27,213 nt of DNA from Candidatus Scatosoma sp. (lineage in GTDB: Bacteria; Bacillota; Clostridia; Christensenellales; Borkfalkiaceae), in assembly GCA_045594165.1 (NCBI GenBank), contig JAZNXZ010000026.1:1-27213 (forward strand), in the 5' to 3' direction. This document shows positions 1-8,425 of the stretch, in pieces. The notes under the pieces were generated by a model, which was not told the origin of the DNA, did not search any database, and saw only the letters and a program-made list of their open reading frames with translations. Within the stretch, counting starts at the first letter, position 1; each line of letters begins with the position of its first letter. A program made the position numbers and the translations under genes.

Positions 1-443
1 TCGGGCTTTTCAAAGCCTACTTCTTCGCTTTCTACGGGGTTGATAATGTGTTTTTTAATCGCAACGAGCTGTTCGTCCGTTACCCCTTTCGCCATGTAAA
101 TTTTAGCGCATTTTACAAGGGGACGCGCTTTTCTTGTGAGCAGCTGTACGCATTGCGCCGCGCTGTCTGCGCGCTGGTCGTATTGCCCCGTCAAATAGCT
201 GACCGCAAACGCCTTATAGCCTGCGGGAATTTCCAAATTTTCAAGATATACGTCGTCTACGGGCGGTTCGGAGAATACGGACGGAATCGCCGCGTTCAAT
301 TCTTCTTCGCTAAGCCCCTCCACGTCGTAACGGAGCACCAAACGGAAATCTTCCGTCTTGATATTAAGGAGCGTTTTAATATCCGACGCCTCTTTTCTTG
401 CCTGTACGTTGTCTTTCTTTTCCACAAAAATTCTGTAAATCAT
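1..443 (-). CDS. purL: Phosphoribosylformylglycinamidine synthase (large clostridial-type PurL), N-terminal 147 aa; truncated by the window edge
   Basis: Not in the ORF track. Manual translation from ATG at 443: MIYRIFVEKKDNVQARKEASDIK...LVLRYDVEGL...SEPPVDDVY...YLTGQYDQRADSAAQCVQLL...IINPVESEEV. AAGGAG RBS overlaps the end of purD; follows purD. Confidence 0.9.
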   Translation of the reverse strand, partial: MIYRIFVEKKDNVQARKEASDIKTLLNIKTEDFRLVLRYDVEGLSEEELNAAIPSVFSEPPVDDVYLENLEIPAGYKAFAVSYLTGQYDQRADSAAQCVQLLTRKARPLVKCAKIYMAKGVTDEQLVAIKKHIINPVESEEVGFEKP

Positions 444-450
444 ATCTCTC

Positions 451-1725
451 TTACTCCTTTGCAACGTCTCTGTATTTAATGCCGATATCCTTGCGGTAGT
501 ACATACCGTCAAAGTGGATTTTTTCGGCGTTTGCATACACCTTTTGACGAGCCTCTTCCACGTCTGCGCCTTTGGCTACGACGCCGAGCACTCTGCCGCC
601 GCTCGTAACCACTTTGCCGTCTTTCATTGCCGTACCCGCGTGGTAAACGGTAACGTCTTTATCCAAATCGCCAAAGGTGATTTCTTTGCCTTTTTCATAG
701 TGTTCGGGATAACCGCCGCTGGCGAGTACCAAGCACACGCACGCGCCGTCCTCCCATTCGATATTGATTTCGTCCAAACGCCCGTCCACGACCGCCTCGA
801 AAATGTCCATGATATCGGTTTTGAGCATGGGCAAAATCACCTGCGTTTCGGGATCGCCAAACCGAGCGTTGTACTCGATTACTTTCATGCCATCTTTCGT
901 TTTCATCAACCCGAAATACAGCACGCCCTTAAAGGTACGCCCCTCGGCGTTCATTGCCGCGACGGTAGGAATCATGATTTTTTCCATTACCTCTTTCGCC
1001 GTCTTTTCGCCGTAGAACGGCGCGGGAGAAAACGTGCCCATACCGCCCGTGTTCAAGCCCTCGTCGTTGTCTTTCGCGCGTTTATGGTCGCAGCTGGTAA
1101 TCATGGGCTTAATCGTCTTGCCGTCGGTAAACGCAAGCGCGGAAACTTCCGGACCGATTAAAAATTCTTCCACGACAACCTTGTTGCCTGCCGTGCCGAA
1201 TTTTTGGTCAAGCATCATTTCTTTCAACCCGTCCTGCGCCTCTTCGCGCGTCATACAAATCAAAACGCCTTTACCAAGCGCCAACCCGTCCGCTTTCAAA
1301 ACCACGGGAATATCGCAGGTTTCTACGTATTTTTTCGCGCTTTCGTAATCGGAAAACGTTTCGTATTTCGCCGTCGGGATATTGTATTTTTTCATCAGCT
1401 CTTTCGAGAACGCTTTGCTAGCCTCGATAATCGCCGCGTTTTTGTTAGGACCAAACGCGCGGTGACCGCGGCTCTGCAATTCGTCCACGAGCCCAAGCGC
1501 CAAAGGATCGTCGGGGGCAACTACCGTAAAGTCGATATCCCCTTTTTGGTCTACCCAATCGCCGACCGCCTTTATATCGCAATAATCGACGTTGACGAGT
1601 TCTGCTATTTCCGCAATCCCTGCGTTGCCTTTCATTGCATAGATTTTATTTACTTTCGGCGATTTTTTCAGAGCCGCAATAATAGCGTGTTCTCTACCGC
1701 CGTTTCCAATAACCAAAACATTCAT
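451..1725 (-). CDS. purD: Phosphoribosylamine-glycine ligase
   Basis: VLVIGNGGREHA, KADGLALGKGV, GLNTGGMG, EYNARFGDPETQ, GGRVL motifs; pur operon context. Confidence 0.98.
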   Translation of the reverse strand: MNVLVIGNGGREHAIIAALKKSPKVNKIYAMKGNAGIAEIAELVNVDYCDIKAVGDWVDQKGDIDFTVVAPDDPLALGLVDELQSRGHRAFGPNKNAAIIEASKAFSKELMKKYNIPTAKYETFSDYESAKKYVETCDIPVVLKADGLALGKGVLICMTREEAQDGLKEMMLDQKFGTAGNKVVVEEFLIGPEVSALAFTDGKTIKPMITSCDHKRAKDNDEGLNTGGMGTFSPAPFYGEKTAKEVMEKIMIPTVAAMNAEGRTFKGVLYFGLMKTKDGMKVIEYNARFGDPETQVILPMLKTDIMDIFEAVVDGRLDEINIEWEDGACVCLVLASGGYPEHYEKGKEITFGDLDKDVTVYHAGTAMKDGKVVTSGGRVLGVVAKGADVEEARQKVYANAEKIHFDGMYYRKDIGIKYRDVAKE

Positions 1726-1746
1726 GATTCGTTCTCCGTGCTGTTT

Positions 1747-2361
1747 TTAATGGATGCGTACCGTCCGTCCGCATTTTTCAACTTTTCCCTCGCAGAGCAA
1801 TTTTACGCACTCAGGGAGCATGATATGCTCTTCTTTTAATATGCGCGCCTGCAAGCTTTCGGGCGTGTCGTCCGCCATAACGGGTACGCTGCGTTGCATA
1901 ATAATTGCCCCGCCGTCCACGTCCGCCTCAACGAAATGCACCGTCGCGCCGCTGAGTTTTACACCGTATTCGATTGCCGCTTTGTGCACGCGCAAGCCGT
2001 AATAACCCATACCGCAAAAAGAGGGAATCAACGACGGATGAATATTGATAATTGCATTTTCAAATTCCTTGATAAAGCTTGCAGGAACGACCAACAGCCA
2101 ACCTGCAAGGACGATATACTCCACGCCCGCCCCTTTCAAAGTCTTTGCTACGTCCGCGTAAAACTCGTCTTTGTTTGCATACTTTTCCTTATCGTACACA
2201 AAGGGCGTTATGCCGTGCTTTTTTGCACGCTCTATCGCACCGATATCGGGCTTGGACGCCACCAAATATTCAATTTTGCAAAACTGCTCGCGCTCGTTGG
2301 CGTCGATAATCGATTGAAAATCCGTGCCGCCTCCAGACGCAAATACCGCTATTTTTTTCAT
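1747..2361 (-). CDS. purN: Phosphoribosylglycinamide formyltransferase
   Basis: IAVFASGGGTDFQ, INIHPSLIP, GATVHFV..DVDGGAII motifs. Confidence 0.97.
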   Translation of the reverse strand: MKKIAVFASGGGTDFQSIIDANEREQFCKIEYLVASKPDIGAIERAKKHGITPFVYDKEKYANKDEFYADVAKTLKGAGVEYIVLAGWLLVVPASFIKEFENAIINIHPSLIPSFCGMGYYGLRVHKAAIEYGVKLSGATVHFVEADVDGGAIIMQRSVPVMADDTPESLQARILKEEHIMLPECVKLLCEGKVEKCGRTVRIH

Positions 2362-2364
2362 AGT

Positions 2365-3393
2365 TTATTTCAGAATTACTTTCTTGTCGCCAGCAACCGC
2401 TTTACCGATTACCACTACGTCTTCGCCCGTTTCTTTAAGCGACGCCATCGCCGCGTCCACGTCCTTAGAGTCAACGCATACAATCATACCGATACCCATA
2501 TTGAAGGTGTTATAAATCTGTTCGTCGGTGATGCCTGCGCGCTTTTGCATTACTTTGAATACGGGGGGCACGTCGTAGGAATTTTTATCAATTTCCGCCG
2601 AAACGTTTTCGGGTAAAATTCTGGGAATATTTTCAATAAAGCCACCGCCCGTGATGTGCGCGATACCCTTCACCTGCACCTTTTCAATGAGCGTCAAGAT
2701 GCTCTTTACGTAAATACGTGTGGGTTTGAGCAGAACTTCCGCAGCCGTTGCGCCGAGTTCTTCGTCGTATGCCTCCAAAGCCGCTTTGTCGCTGTCGCCG
2801 AACAATTTACGAACGAGCGAATAGCCGTTAGAGTGTACGCCCGTAGATTTCAAACCGATTAAAACGTCGCCAGGTTTGATATCCTTACCGTTGATAACTT
2901 TTTTCTTATCTACGATACCAACCGCAAAACCTGCAAGGTCGTATTCGCCGTCGGGATAGAAACCGGGCATTTCCGCCGTTTCACCACCGATAAGCGCACA
3001 GCCCGCTTGACGGCAACCGTCTGCGATACCCTTAACCACGTCCGCTTCTGCCTCGGGGTACAATCTACCGCATGCGTAATAGTCAAGGAAGAACAAAGGT
3101 TTTGCGCCCTGACATACGATATCGTTTACACACATAGCCACCGCGTCGATACCAATCGTGTCGTGTTTTTCAAGCAAGAAAGCATATTTCAGTTTCGTGC
3201 CTACGCCGTCCGTACCCGCAACCAAAACGGGTTCTTCCATCTTTTCGCCTGCAATCGAATAGAAACCGCCAAACGAACCCAAATCCCCGATTACGTTGTT
3301 ATCGTACGTGGATTTTACGTGTTTTTTCATCAATTCTACCGCTTTGTAACCTCTGGTTACGTCAACGCCACTGTCCTTGTAAGAAATTGCCAT
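2365..3393 (-). CDS. purM: Phosphoribosylformylglycinamidine cyclo-ligase (AIR synthetase)
   Basis: [47 protein letters not shown] motifs. Confidence 0.98.
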   Translation of the reverse strand: MAISYKDSGVDVTRGYKAVELMKKHVKSTYDNNVIGDLGSFGGFYSIAGEKMEEPVLVAGTDGVGTKLKYAFLLEKHDTIGIDAVAMCVNDIVCQGAKPLFFLDYYACGRLYPEAEADVVKGIADGCRQAGCALIGGETAEMPGFYPDGEYDLAGFAVGIVDKKKVINGKDIKPGDVLIGLKSTGVHSNGYSLVRKLFGDSDKAALEAYDEELGATAAEVLLKPTRIYVKSILTLIEKVQVKGIAHITGGGFIENIPRILPENVSAEIDKNSYDVPPVFKVMQKRAGITDEQIYNTFNMGIGMIVCVDSKDVDAAMASLKETGEDVVVIGKAVAGDKKVILK

Positions 3394-3411
3394 ATTTATC
3401 GTTCTCCAATT

Positions 3412-4824
3412 TTATTTTTTACTTTCAGAAATTTTATAATCGTATTTACTTTCGCCGCTGCTCGTCGGGATTTCCGTGGGATACTTACCGTCGAAACACG
3501 CCGCGCAATAGCCCTTGCATTTGCCGCTTTCCGCCAACTTGAACACGTCCTCTACCGACAGGAAACCAACCGAATCCGCCCCAAAGATACGCGCCATTTC
3601 TTCCGTCGTATGATTGCACGCAATCAATACGTCGCGGGATGCGATATCCGTACCGTAATAGCAAGGATTTAAGAACTGCGGCGCGGACGAGCGCACGTGG
3701 ATTTCCGTTGCGCCTGCGTCGCGCAACAATTTTACGACTCTTGCCATCGTCGTTCCGCGGACGATAGAGTCGTCTACCAAGACTACGCGTTTGCCTTTCA
3801 CCGTTTCAACGACGGGGTTCAGCTTGATACGTACCTTGTCCTCACGAACGTTTTGACCAGGGTCGATAAACGTTCTGCCGATATATTTATTTTTAATCAA
3901 GCCCAAACCGTAAGGAATACCCGATTCTTCCGCGTAGCCGATTGCCGCGTCGATACCCGAGTCAGGCGCGCCGATAACGACGTCCGCCTCTACCCCGCAC
4001 GTTCTCGCCAAGAACATACCCGCGCGCTTTCTAGCAAGGTGTACCGAACAATCCGCAATTACCGAGTCGGGACGGGCGGTATAGAGATATTCGAACACGC
4101 AAAGGCGTTCGGGCTTTTGCCCGCAGTTATCTTTTATCGTGCGCATACCATCTTTTGTGAACACAAGGATTTCGCCCGGCTCTAAATCGCGGACGTGCGC
4201 CGCGCCGACCGAAGTGAGTGCGCACGTTTCGCTAGCGATAATATATTCGCCGTCGGCACGCTTGCCATAACAAATGGGATGCACGCCGTTTTCGTCGCGA
4301 GCCGCAATCAGTTTCTGCGGCGACATAACCAACAACGAATATCCGCCTTTCAAACGCTTCATAGCTTTGCAAACCGCCTCTTCAATGGAAGAAGACGTGA
4401 TACGTTCTTTGATGATGACCGCCGAAATGATTTCCGCGTCGTTGCCCGTATGGAAAATCGAGCCCTGCATTTCCATTTCTTCTTTCAGTTCCGCGCTGTT
4501 GACGAGTTTGCCGTCAATGGCAATCGCCATCCTACCTTTGCTGTGATTGACAACGATAGGTTCGGCATTGATGCGGTCTTTCGTAGCCGACGTACCGTAA
4601 CGCACGTTACCGACTGCAATTTGACCTAAGCCCAAGCCTTTCATAACCGAGGGTACGAACACGTCGTTGACCAAGCCTGAATCTTTATACGTATGGAAAA
4701 CCCCGTCGTCGTTGACTACGATACCGCAAGAGGCTTGCCCGCGGTGTTGCAAAGCGTATAATCCGTAGTATACACTAGACGCAACGTCTTCCGTTTTCGT
4801 TCCAAAAATCCCAAATACTGCCAT
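3412..4824 (-). CDS. purF: Amidophosphoribosyltransferase with a degenerate glutaminase domain (no Cys1)
   Basis: LQHRGQ, PRPP loop VDDSIVRGTT, Fe-S cysteines (CVFEY, PCYYG, CAAC). N-terminus reads MAVFGIFG instead of CGVFGI. GGAG RBS upstream. Confidence 0.93.
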   Translation of the reverse strand: MAVFGIFGTKTEDVASSVYYGLYALQHRGQASCGIVVNDDGVFHTYKDSGLVNDVFVPSVMKGLGLGQIAVGNVRYGTSATKDRINAEPIVVNHSKGRMAIAIDGKLVNSAELKEEMEMQGSIFHTGNDAEIISAVIIKERITSSSIEEAVCKAMKRLKGGYSLLVMSPQKLIAARDENGVHPICYGKRADGEYIIASETCALTSVGAAHVRDLEPGEILVFTKDGMRTIKDNCGQKPERLCVFEYLYTARPDSVIADCSVHLARKRAGMFLARTCGVEADVVIGAPDSGIDAAIGYAEESGIPYGLGLIKNKYIGRTFIDPGQNVREDKVRIKLNPVVETVKGKRVVLVDDSIVRGTTMARVVKLLRDAGATEIHVRSSAPQFLNPCYYGTDIASRDVLIACNHTTEEMARIFGADSVGFLSVEDVFKLAESGKCKGYCAACFDGKYPTEIPTSSGESKYDYKISESKK

Positions 4825-4847
4825 AGAATTTCTCCGTTATTTCTTCA

Positions 4848-5336
4848 TTAAAGTAATGCCTGCAAAGCAGCGTCGTCTGCATTGATTTTATCTTTCATTG
4901 CTTTCTTATAATCGTCAAGCTGCGCAGCGATTTCAGGGTACTTAATCCCAAGAATTTGGAGCGCAAGCAAGCCTGCGTTTTCACCGCCGTTGACGCCCAC
5001 CGTCGCCACGGGAATCCCCGAGGGCATCTGCACGATAGACAGCAAACTGTCCAAACCGCCCATCATATCCGTCTTTACCGGCAACCCGATAACCGGGAGA
5101 GTGGTCAGCGCCGCAATAACGCCGCCAAGGTGTGCCGCCTTACCTGCCGCGCAAATCAACACTTCGATTCCACGTTCTTTTGCCGTCGCAGCAAACTCGT
5201 GCGCCTCGTCCGGAGTACGGTGCGCGGAAATTACACGAACTTCCGTTTCCACACCGAATTTTTTCAGCACGGAAACCGCAGGTTTTACCACGTCAAAGTC
5301 CGATTTACTGCCCATCAAAATACCGACTTTACTCAT
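4848..5336 (-). CDS. purE: N5-CAIR mutase / AIR carboxylase catalytic subunit
   Basis: ILMGSKSD, SAHRTP, AGKAAHLGG, SIVQMPSGIPVATV motifs. Start moved from 5351 to ATG 5336, which has a GAGGAG RBS. Confidence 0.97.
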   Translation of the reverse strand: MSKVGILMGSKSDFDVVKPAVSVLKKFGVETEVRVISAHRTPDEAHEFAATAKERGIEVLICAAGKAAHLGGVIAALTTLPVIGLPVKTDMMGGLDSLLSIVQMPSGIPVATVGVNGGENAGLLALQILGIKYPEIAAQLDDYKKAMKDKINADDAALQALL

Positions 5337-5365
5337 AACAATTCTCCTCACTAAATGTAATTAAT

Positions 5366-5400
5366 AAATCAAAATGGAGCGCAATTTTTATTGCACTCCA
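5366..5400 (-). terminator. Intrinsic terminator / putative attenuator in the pur operon leader
   Basis: Minus strand TGGAGTGCAAT-AAAA-ATTGCGCTCCA (11-bp stem, one G-U) followed by TTTTGATTT, ~30 nt upstream of the purE start. Confidence 0.75.
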
Positions 5401-5537
5401 CCCATTATATCGTTATTTTTGCGCGAAAAAACGCCATTTATGCCTACCGAAATAAGCCCGCATCTTCCCAGCTGGATTCTGCGTGCGGAAAACGTCTTAT
5501 AGCCCTTTTGTTTTCCCCATACTTCGATAATCTGCAT
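5388..5537 (-). CDS. Possible 49-aa leader peptide (MQIIEVWGKQKGYKTFSARRIQLGRCGLISVGINGVFSRKNNDIMGGVQ)
   Basis: Manual translation. AAGGA lies 7 nt before the ATG and the stop codon falls at the terminator loop. No homology recognised; could be a chance ORF. Confidence 0.3.
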   Translation of the reverse strand: MQIIEVWGKQKGYKTFSARRIQLGRCGLISVGINGVFSRKNNDIMGGVQ

Positions 5538-5636
5538 ACCGTAGTCCTTCTTCTTTCGCCGTTAAATTTTTTCCCGTTTTCCCCTAATTTGCATTATCCG
5601 CGTCCTCGCCGTCCAATACAAATTGCATACAAAAAT

Positions 5637-5665
5637 ATTATACAGCAATTTGCCGCGCAAGTCAA
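5637..5665 (-). promoter_or_regulatory. Sigma-A promoter of the pur operon
   Basis: TTGACT-17 bp-TATAAT on the minus strand. Confidence 0.8.
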
Positions 5666-5743
5666 GTATTTGATGGAAGTTTTCCGCGACCAAATTATAG
5701 ATTATATACTTTTCTATCTTTTTAATACTTTCCCTAAAAGCAC

Positions 5744-6253
5744 TTAAAAGGTGCGCGCGCCAAGAATATGCAAACAGCGCAAACGGGCAAACGAATAGTT
5801 CGTCAAAGGACGGTTGAACGCGTCATAGGTATGCGCAGCCAAAAGCGGCACGCCGTCTAAAAAGCCGACCACAACGGGCGTATGGTAGAAATCCCCCGTT
5901 TCCCTGCCCAGCTGTACAAAATCACCAATCTCTAAACCTTCCATCCCAACCTCGATAGCAAACGGTCCAGCGCCGTTGCCTATCCCCGCTGACGTATCGT
6001 TGTTACCCACCAAAAAGCGGTAAAAATATTCCACGCCCGTCCACGCAGCCGCACGGTCGCTTGCCGCGCGATAAAACCAACCCAGATCGGGCGTGTAATT
6101 CATTACGCCGCAGCCTGCAAACAAACATTGCGACGCAAAATTCGTACAATCGCCGCCGATTACGTCAAAATTGTAGTAGGCAGGATTTCGCGAAAATGCC
6201 CATTTTCTAGCATAATCCAACGCCGCTTGGCGATTATAAGGTATTTTTCTCAT
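5744..6253 (-). CDS. Putative amidase domain protein (Amidase_6-like), 169 aa
   Basis: YNRQAALDYARKWA..RNPAY...GGDCTNFASQCL, GDFVQL, YHTPVV, AAHT pattern. Start moved to ATG 6253 because the longer frame overlaps the upstream gene and terminator. Confidence 0.8.
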   Translation of the reverse strand: MRKIPYNRQAALDYARKWAFSRNPAYYNFDVIGGDCTNFASQCLFAGCGVMNYTPDLGWFYRAASDRAAAWTGVEYFYRFLVGNNDTSAGIGNGAGPFAIEVGMEGLEIGDFVQLGRETGDFYHTPVVVGFLDGVPLLAAHTYDAFNRPLTNYSFARLRCLHILGARTF

Positions 6254-6301
6254 ATTCCTATTGTATGCATGTTCAGATGCGGAACGTGCGATTTTTTCGA
6301 C

Positions 6302-6334
6302 AAAAACAGCTCTGCGTATATGCCGCAGAGCCGT
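6302..6334 (-). terminator. Intrinsic terminator after the Gfo/Idh/MocA gene
   Basis: Minus strand ACGGCTCTGCG-loop-CGCAGAGCTGT followed by TTTT. Confidence 0.75.
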
Positions 6335-6350
6335 TCCTTGTTTTATGCAA

Positions 6351-7535
6351 TTACTTCTTTTCCGAGCCAAAGGTATTACCCATGTCTGCGGCTACCGTTT
6401 CCACTACGTCTTTTTTGCGAGACGTAGCACGGCGTTTGTTAAGTTCAGCAAGGTATTCGTCCTCGTTGACAGGCAACGTGATCTCTTCGCCGTTTCTCCA
6501 ACCCGAGAGTTCCATTGCGTTCATAAGTTCCACGCCGTTGAAACCGTCTTGACCGTCTACGAACAATTCTTCCAAGCCCAATAACGTGTTGGCAAAGTTG
6601 TTGATAATGCCTGCGTGTTGAGGGTTTTTGCCGTCCGTTTCCACCTCGATAATTTCCATTTTCGGCATCGCAAAGCCGTTATCCGCAGAATAGCTATGTT
6701 CCTGCGCATCCGTTTCGTTTTTATACCAAACAAGTTTATTGTTTTCGCAAAGGAGTTTTCCTTTCGTCCCCGAAATTTCCAAACGGTTGGTACCGGGAGC
6801 TTCGCCCGTCGTTGTGATAAATACGCCCGTAGCGCCGTTTTCATAGGTCAAGAACGCCGTTACTTCGTCCTCCACCTCAATATCGTGCCATCTGCCGTAT
6901 TGACAGAATCCGCGTACCGTCTTGGGCATCTGTCCTACAACCCATTGAATCAGGTCTATTTGGTGCGGGCTTTGGTTAATCAAAACGCCACCGCCTTCGC
7001 CGTCCCACGTCGCGCGCCAGCTACCGTTGTCGTAATAATTTTGCGTTCTGTACCAGTTGGTAATAATCCAAGTGATACGCTGCAAATTACCGATACCGCC
7101 CTCAGCAATGATTTCGCGCATTTTGCGGTATACGCAGTTGGTACGCTGATTGAACATCATACCGAATTTGGTGTCACATTTTGCTGCAAGTTCATTCATT
7201 TCACGAACTTCTTTCGTGTATACGCCTGCGGGTTTTTCACAGATGACGGGCATGCCGTTCTTCAAGCAATATTTTACGATTTCCGTATGTGAATAGTGCG
7301 GCGTTTCCACCAAAACTGCGTCGCAAATACCGCTTTGTACCATTTCCTTATAATCGTGGAAATACACGATACTGTCGTCTTTCAATTTTTCTTTAATTGC
7401 GGCAATTTTTACGTCGCTGATATCGCAAATCGCCGAAACGACGCCGTTTTCAATTTCGCCTGCTGCAAACAGACTATTTGCATAATACGTACCTTGGTTG
7501 CCCACACCTACAATACCAAATCTAATCTTTTTCAT
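6351..7535 (-). CDS. Gfo/Idh/MocA family NAD-dependent oxidoreductase
   Basis: Rossmann GIVGVGNQG, ETPHYSH, CEKP, GGGVLINQSPHQID motifs. Confidence 0.92.
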   Translation of the reverse strand: MKKIRFGIVGVGNQGTYYANSLFAAGEIENGVVSAICDISDVKIAAIKEKLKDDSIVYFHDYKEMVQSGICDAVLVETPHYSHTEIVKYCLKNGMPVICEKPAGVYTKEVREMNELAAKCDTKFGMMFNQRTNCVYRKMREIIAEGGIGNLQRITWIITNWYRTQNYYDNGSWRATWDGEGGGVLINQSPHQIDLIQWVVGQMPKTVRGFCQYGRWHDIEVEDEVTAFLTYENGATGVFITTTGEAPGTNRLEISGTKGKLLCENNKLVWYKNETDAQEHSYSADNGFAMPKMEIIEVETDGKNPQHAGIINNFANTLLGLEELFVDGQDGFNGVELMNAMELSGWRNGEEITLPVNEDEYLAELNKRRATSRKKDVVETVAADMGNTFGSEKK

Positions 7536-7557
7536 TGTTTTTTACCCCTTTACGTCC

Positions 7558-8412
7558 TTATTTTACAAATTCGTCGCCGACTTCTTCAAAGCCTGCGTCT
7601 TTTAATAACCCTTTGAGTGCCGCCACCGCCGCGTCAAACGCCTCGTCTGCGGTACGGAATTCAAACTCGTGTTTCATAACCGTCTTGTCAATCAGAGAAT
7701 ACCCCTCGAAAATCGAAAGATGAGGTTCAAGCGTAAACGTCTTATCTGACGTAATCGTTTTCAAAATATCGCCGATCTTGCCGTCGCCAACGCCTGCAGG
7801 TACAAGCGAACCGCTCTCTACGATAACGTCCTTGACGTGATAATAATCGATTTTACCTGCAAAAATACGTTGCGTATCCTCTGCTTTTTCGCCGCATTGC
7901 AAGTAGTTTGCAGGATCGTAAATATGGTACAGACCAGGCACGTTTTCCATGATATCCACGACACGTGCCGCCACGTCGCCGTAAATATCCTTTTCGTTTT
8001 CGTGGTACAAGCCCACGTTGTATTCCTTGGCGATCGCTACCATCTTTTTAAGACGGCTGATTACTTCGTCGCGTTTATCATACGCCTGAAAAAAGCTGAA
8101 CATACGGATTTTATCCGTGCCGAGCGCGTTTGCGATTTCGCAAGTATGGCGCAAAATTTCTTCCGTCTTTTCAAACGGGTCGTCAATGTGCGATTTACCG
8201 ATAGGCGAACCGATTGACCATACCGCCAAGCCGTTGTCCGCCAAGGTTTGACGAATCTCTTTTGCCTCTTCCACCGTCAGCGTCGTAACGTTTTTACCGT
8301 TGACCGTACGCATTTCCATATAGGGTACGTTGTTGCGCTTTAACGCCGCAATCTGTCCGTCCAACGCGCTGGACGCCTCGTCGCTGAATGCACAAAGTTT
8401 TACTTTAATCAT
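7558..8412 (-). CDS. Sugar phosphate isomerase/epimerase (xylose isomerase-like TIM barrel)
   Basis: SIGSPIGK, HENE, YDPANY, HVKD..G.GDG, TLEPH metal-binding pattern. Confidence 0.88.
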   Translation of the reverse strand: MIKVKLCAFSDEASSALDGQIAALKRNNVPYMEMRTVNGKNVTTLTVEEAKEIRQTLADNGLAVWSIGSPIGKSHIDDPFEKTEEILRHTCEIANALGTDKIRMFSFFQAYDKRDEVISRLKKMVAIAKEYNVGLYHENEKDIYGDVAARVVDIMENVPGLYHIYDPANYLQCGEKAEDTQRIFAGKIDYYHVKDVIVESGSLVPAGVGDGKIGDILKTITSDKTFTLEPHLSIFEGYSLIDKTVMKHEFEFRTADEAFDAAVAALKGLLKDAGFEEVGDEFVK

Positions 8413-8425
8413 ACTTATTCTCCTA

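Noticed and set aside
5593-5628. 14-aa ORF MQFVLDGEDADNAN at the 5' end of the pur leader
   Set aside because: It starts within a few nt of the predicted TSS with no RBS and coincides with the RNA stem; no independent support.
5400-5630. Guanine, ZTP, PRPP/ykkC, THF riboswitch or PyrR site in the pur leader
   Set aside because: Only fragments resemble them (GACGG in the 5' loop, AAUCCAG, CUGGGA). The required partners (CCGYCUGGGC, UUUCUACC on the sense strand, AGGGUUCCG, GAGGYU) were not found by eye.
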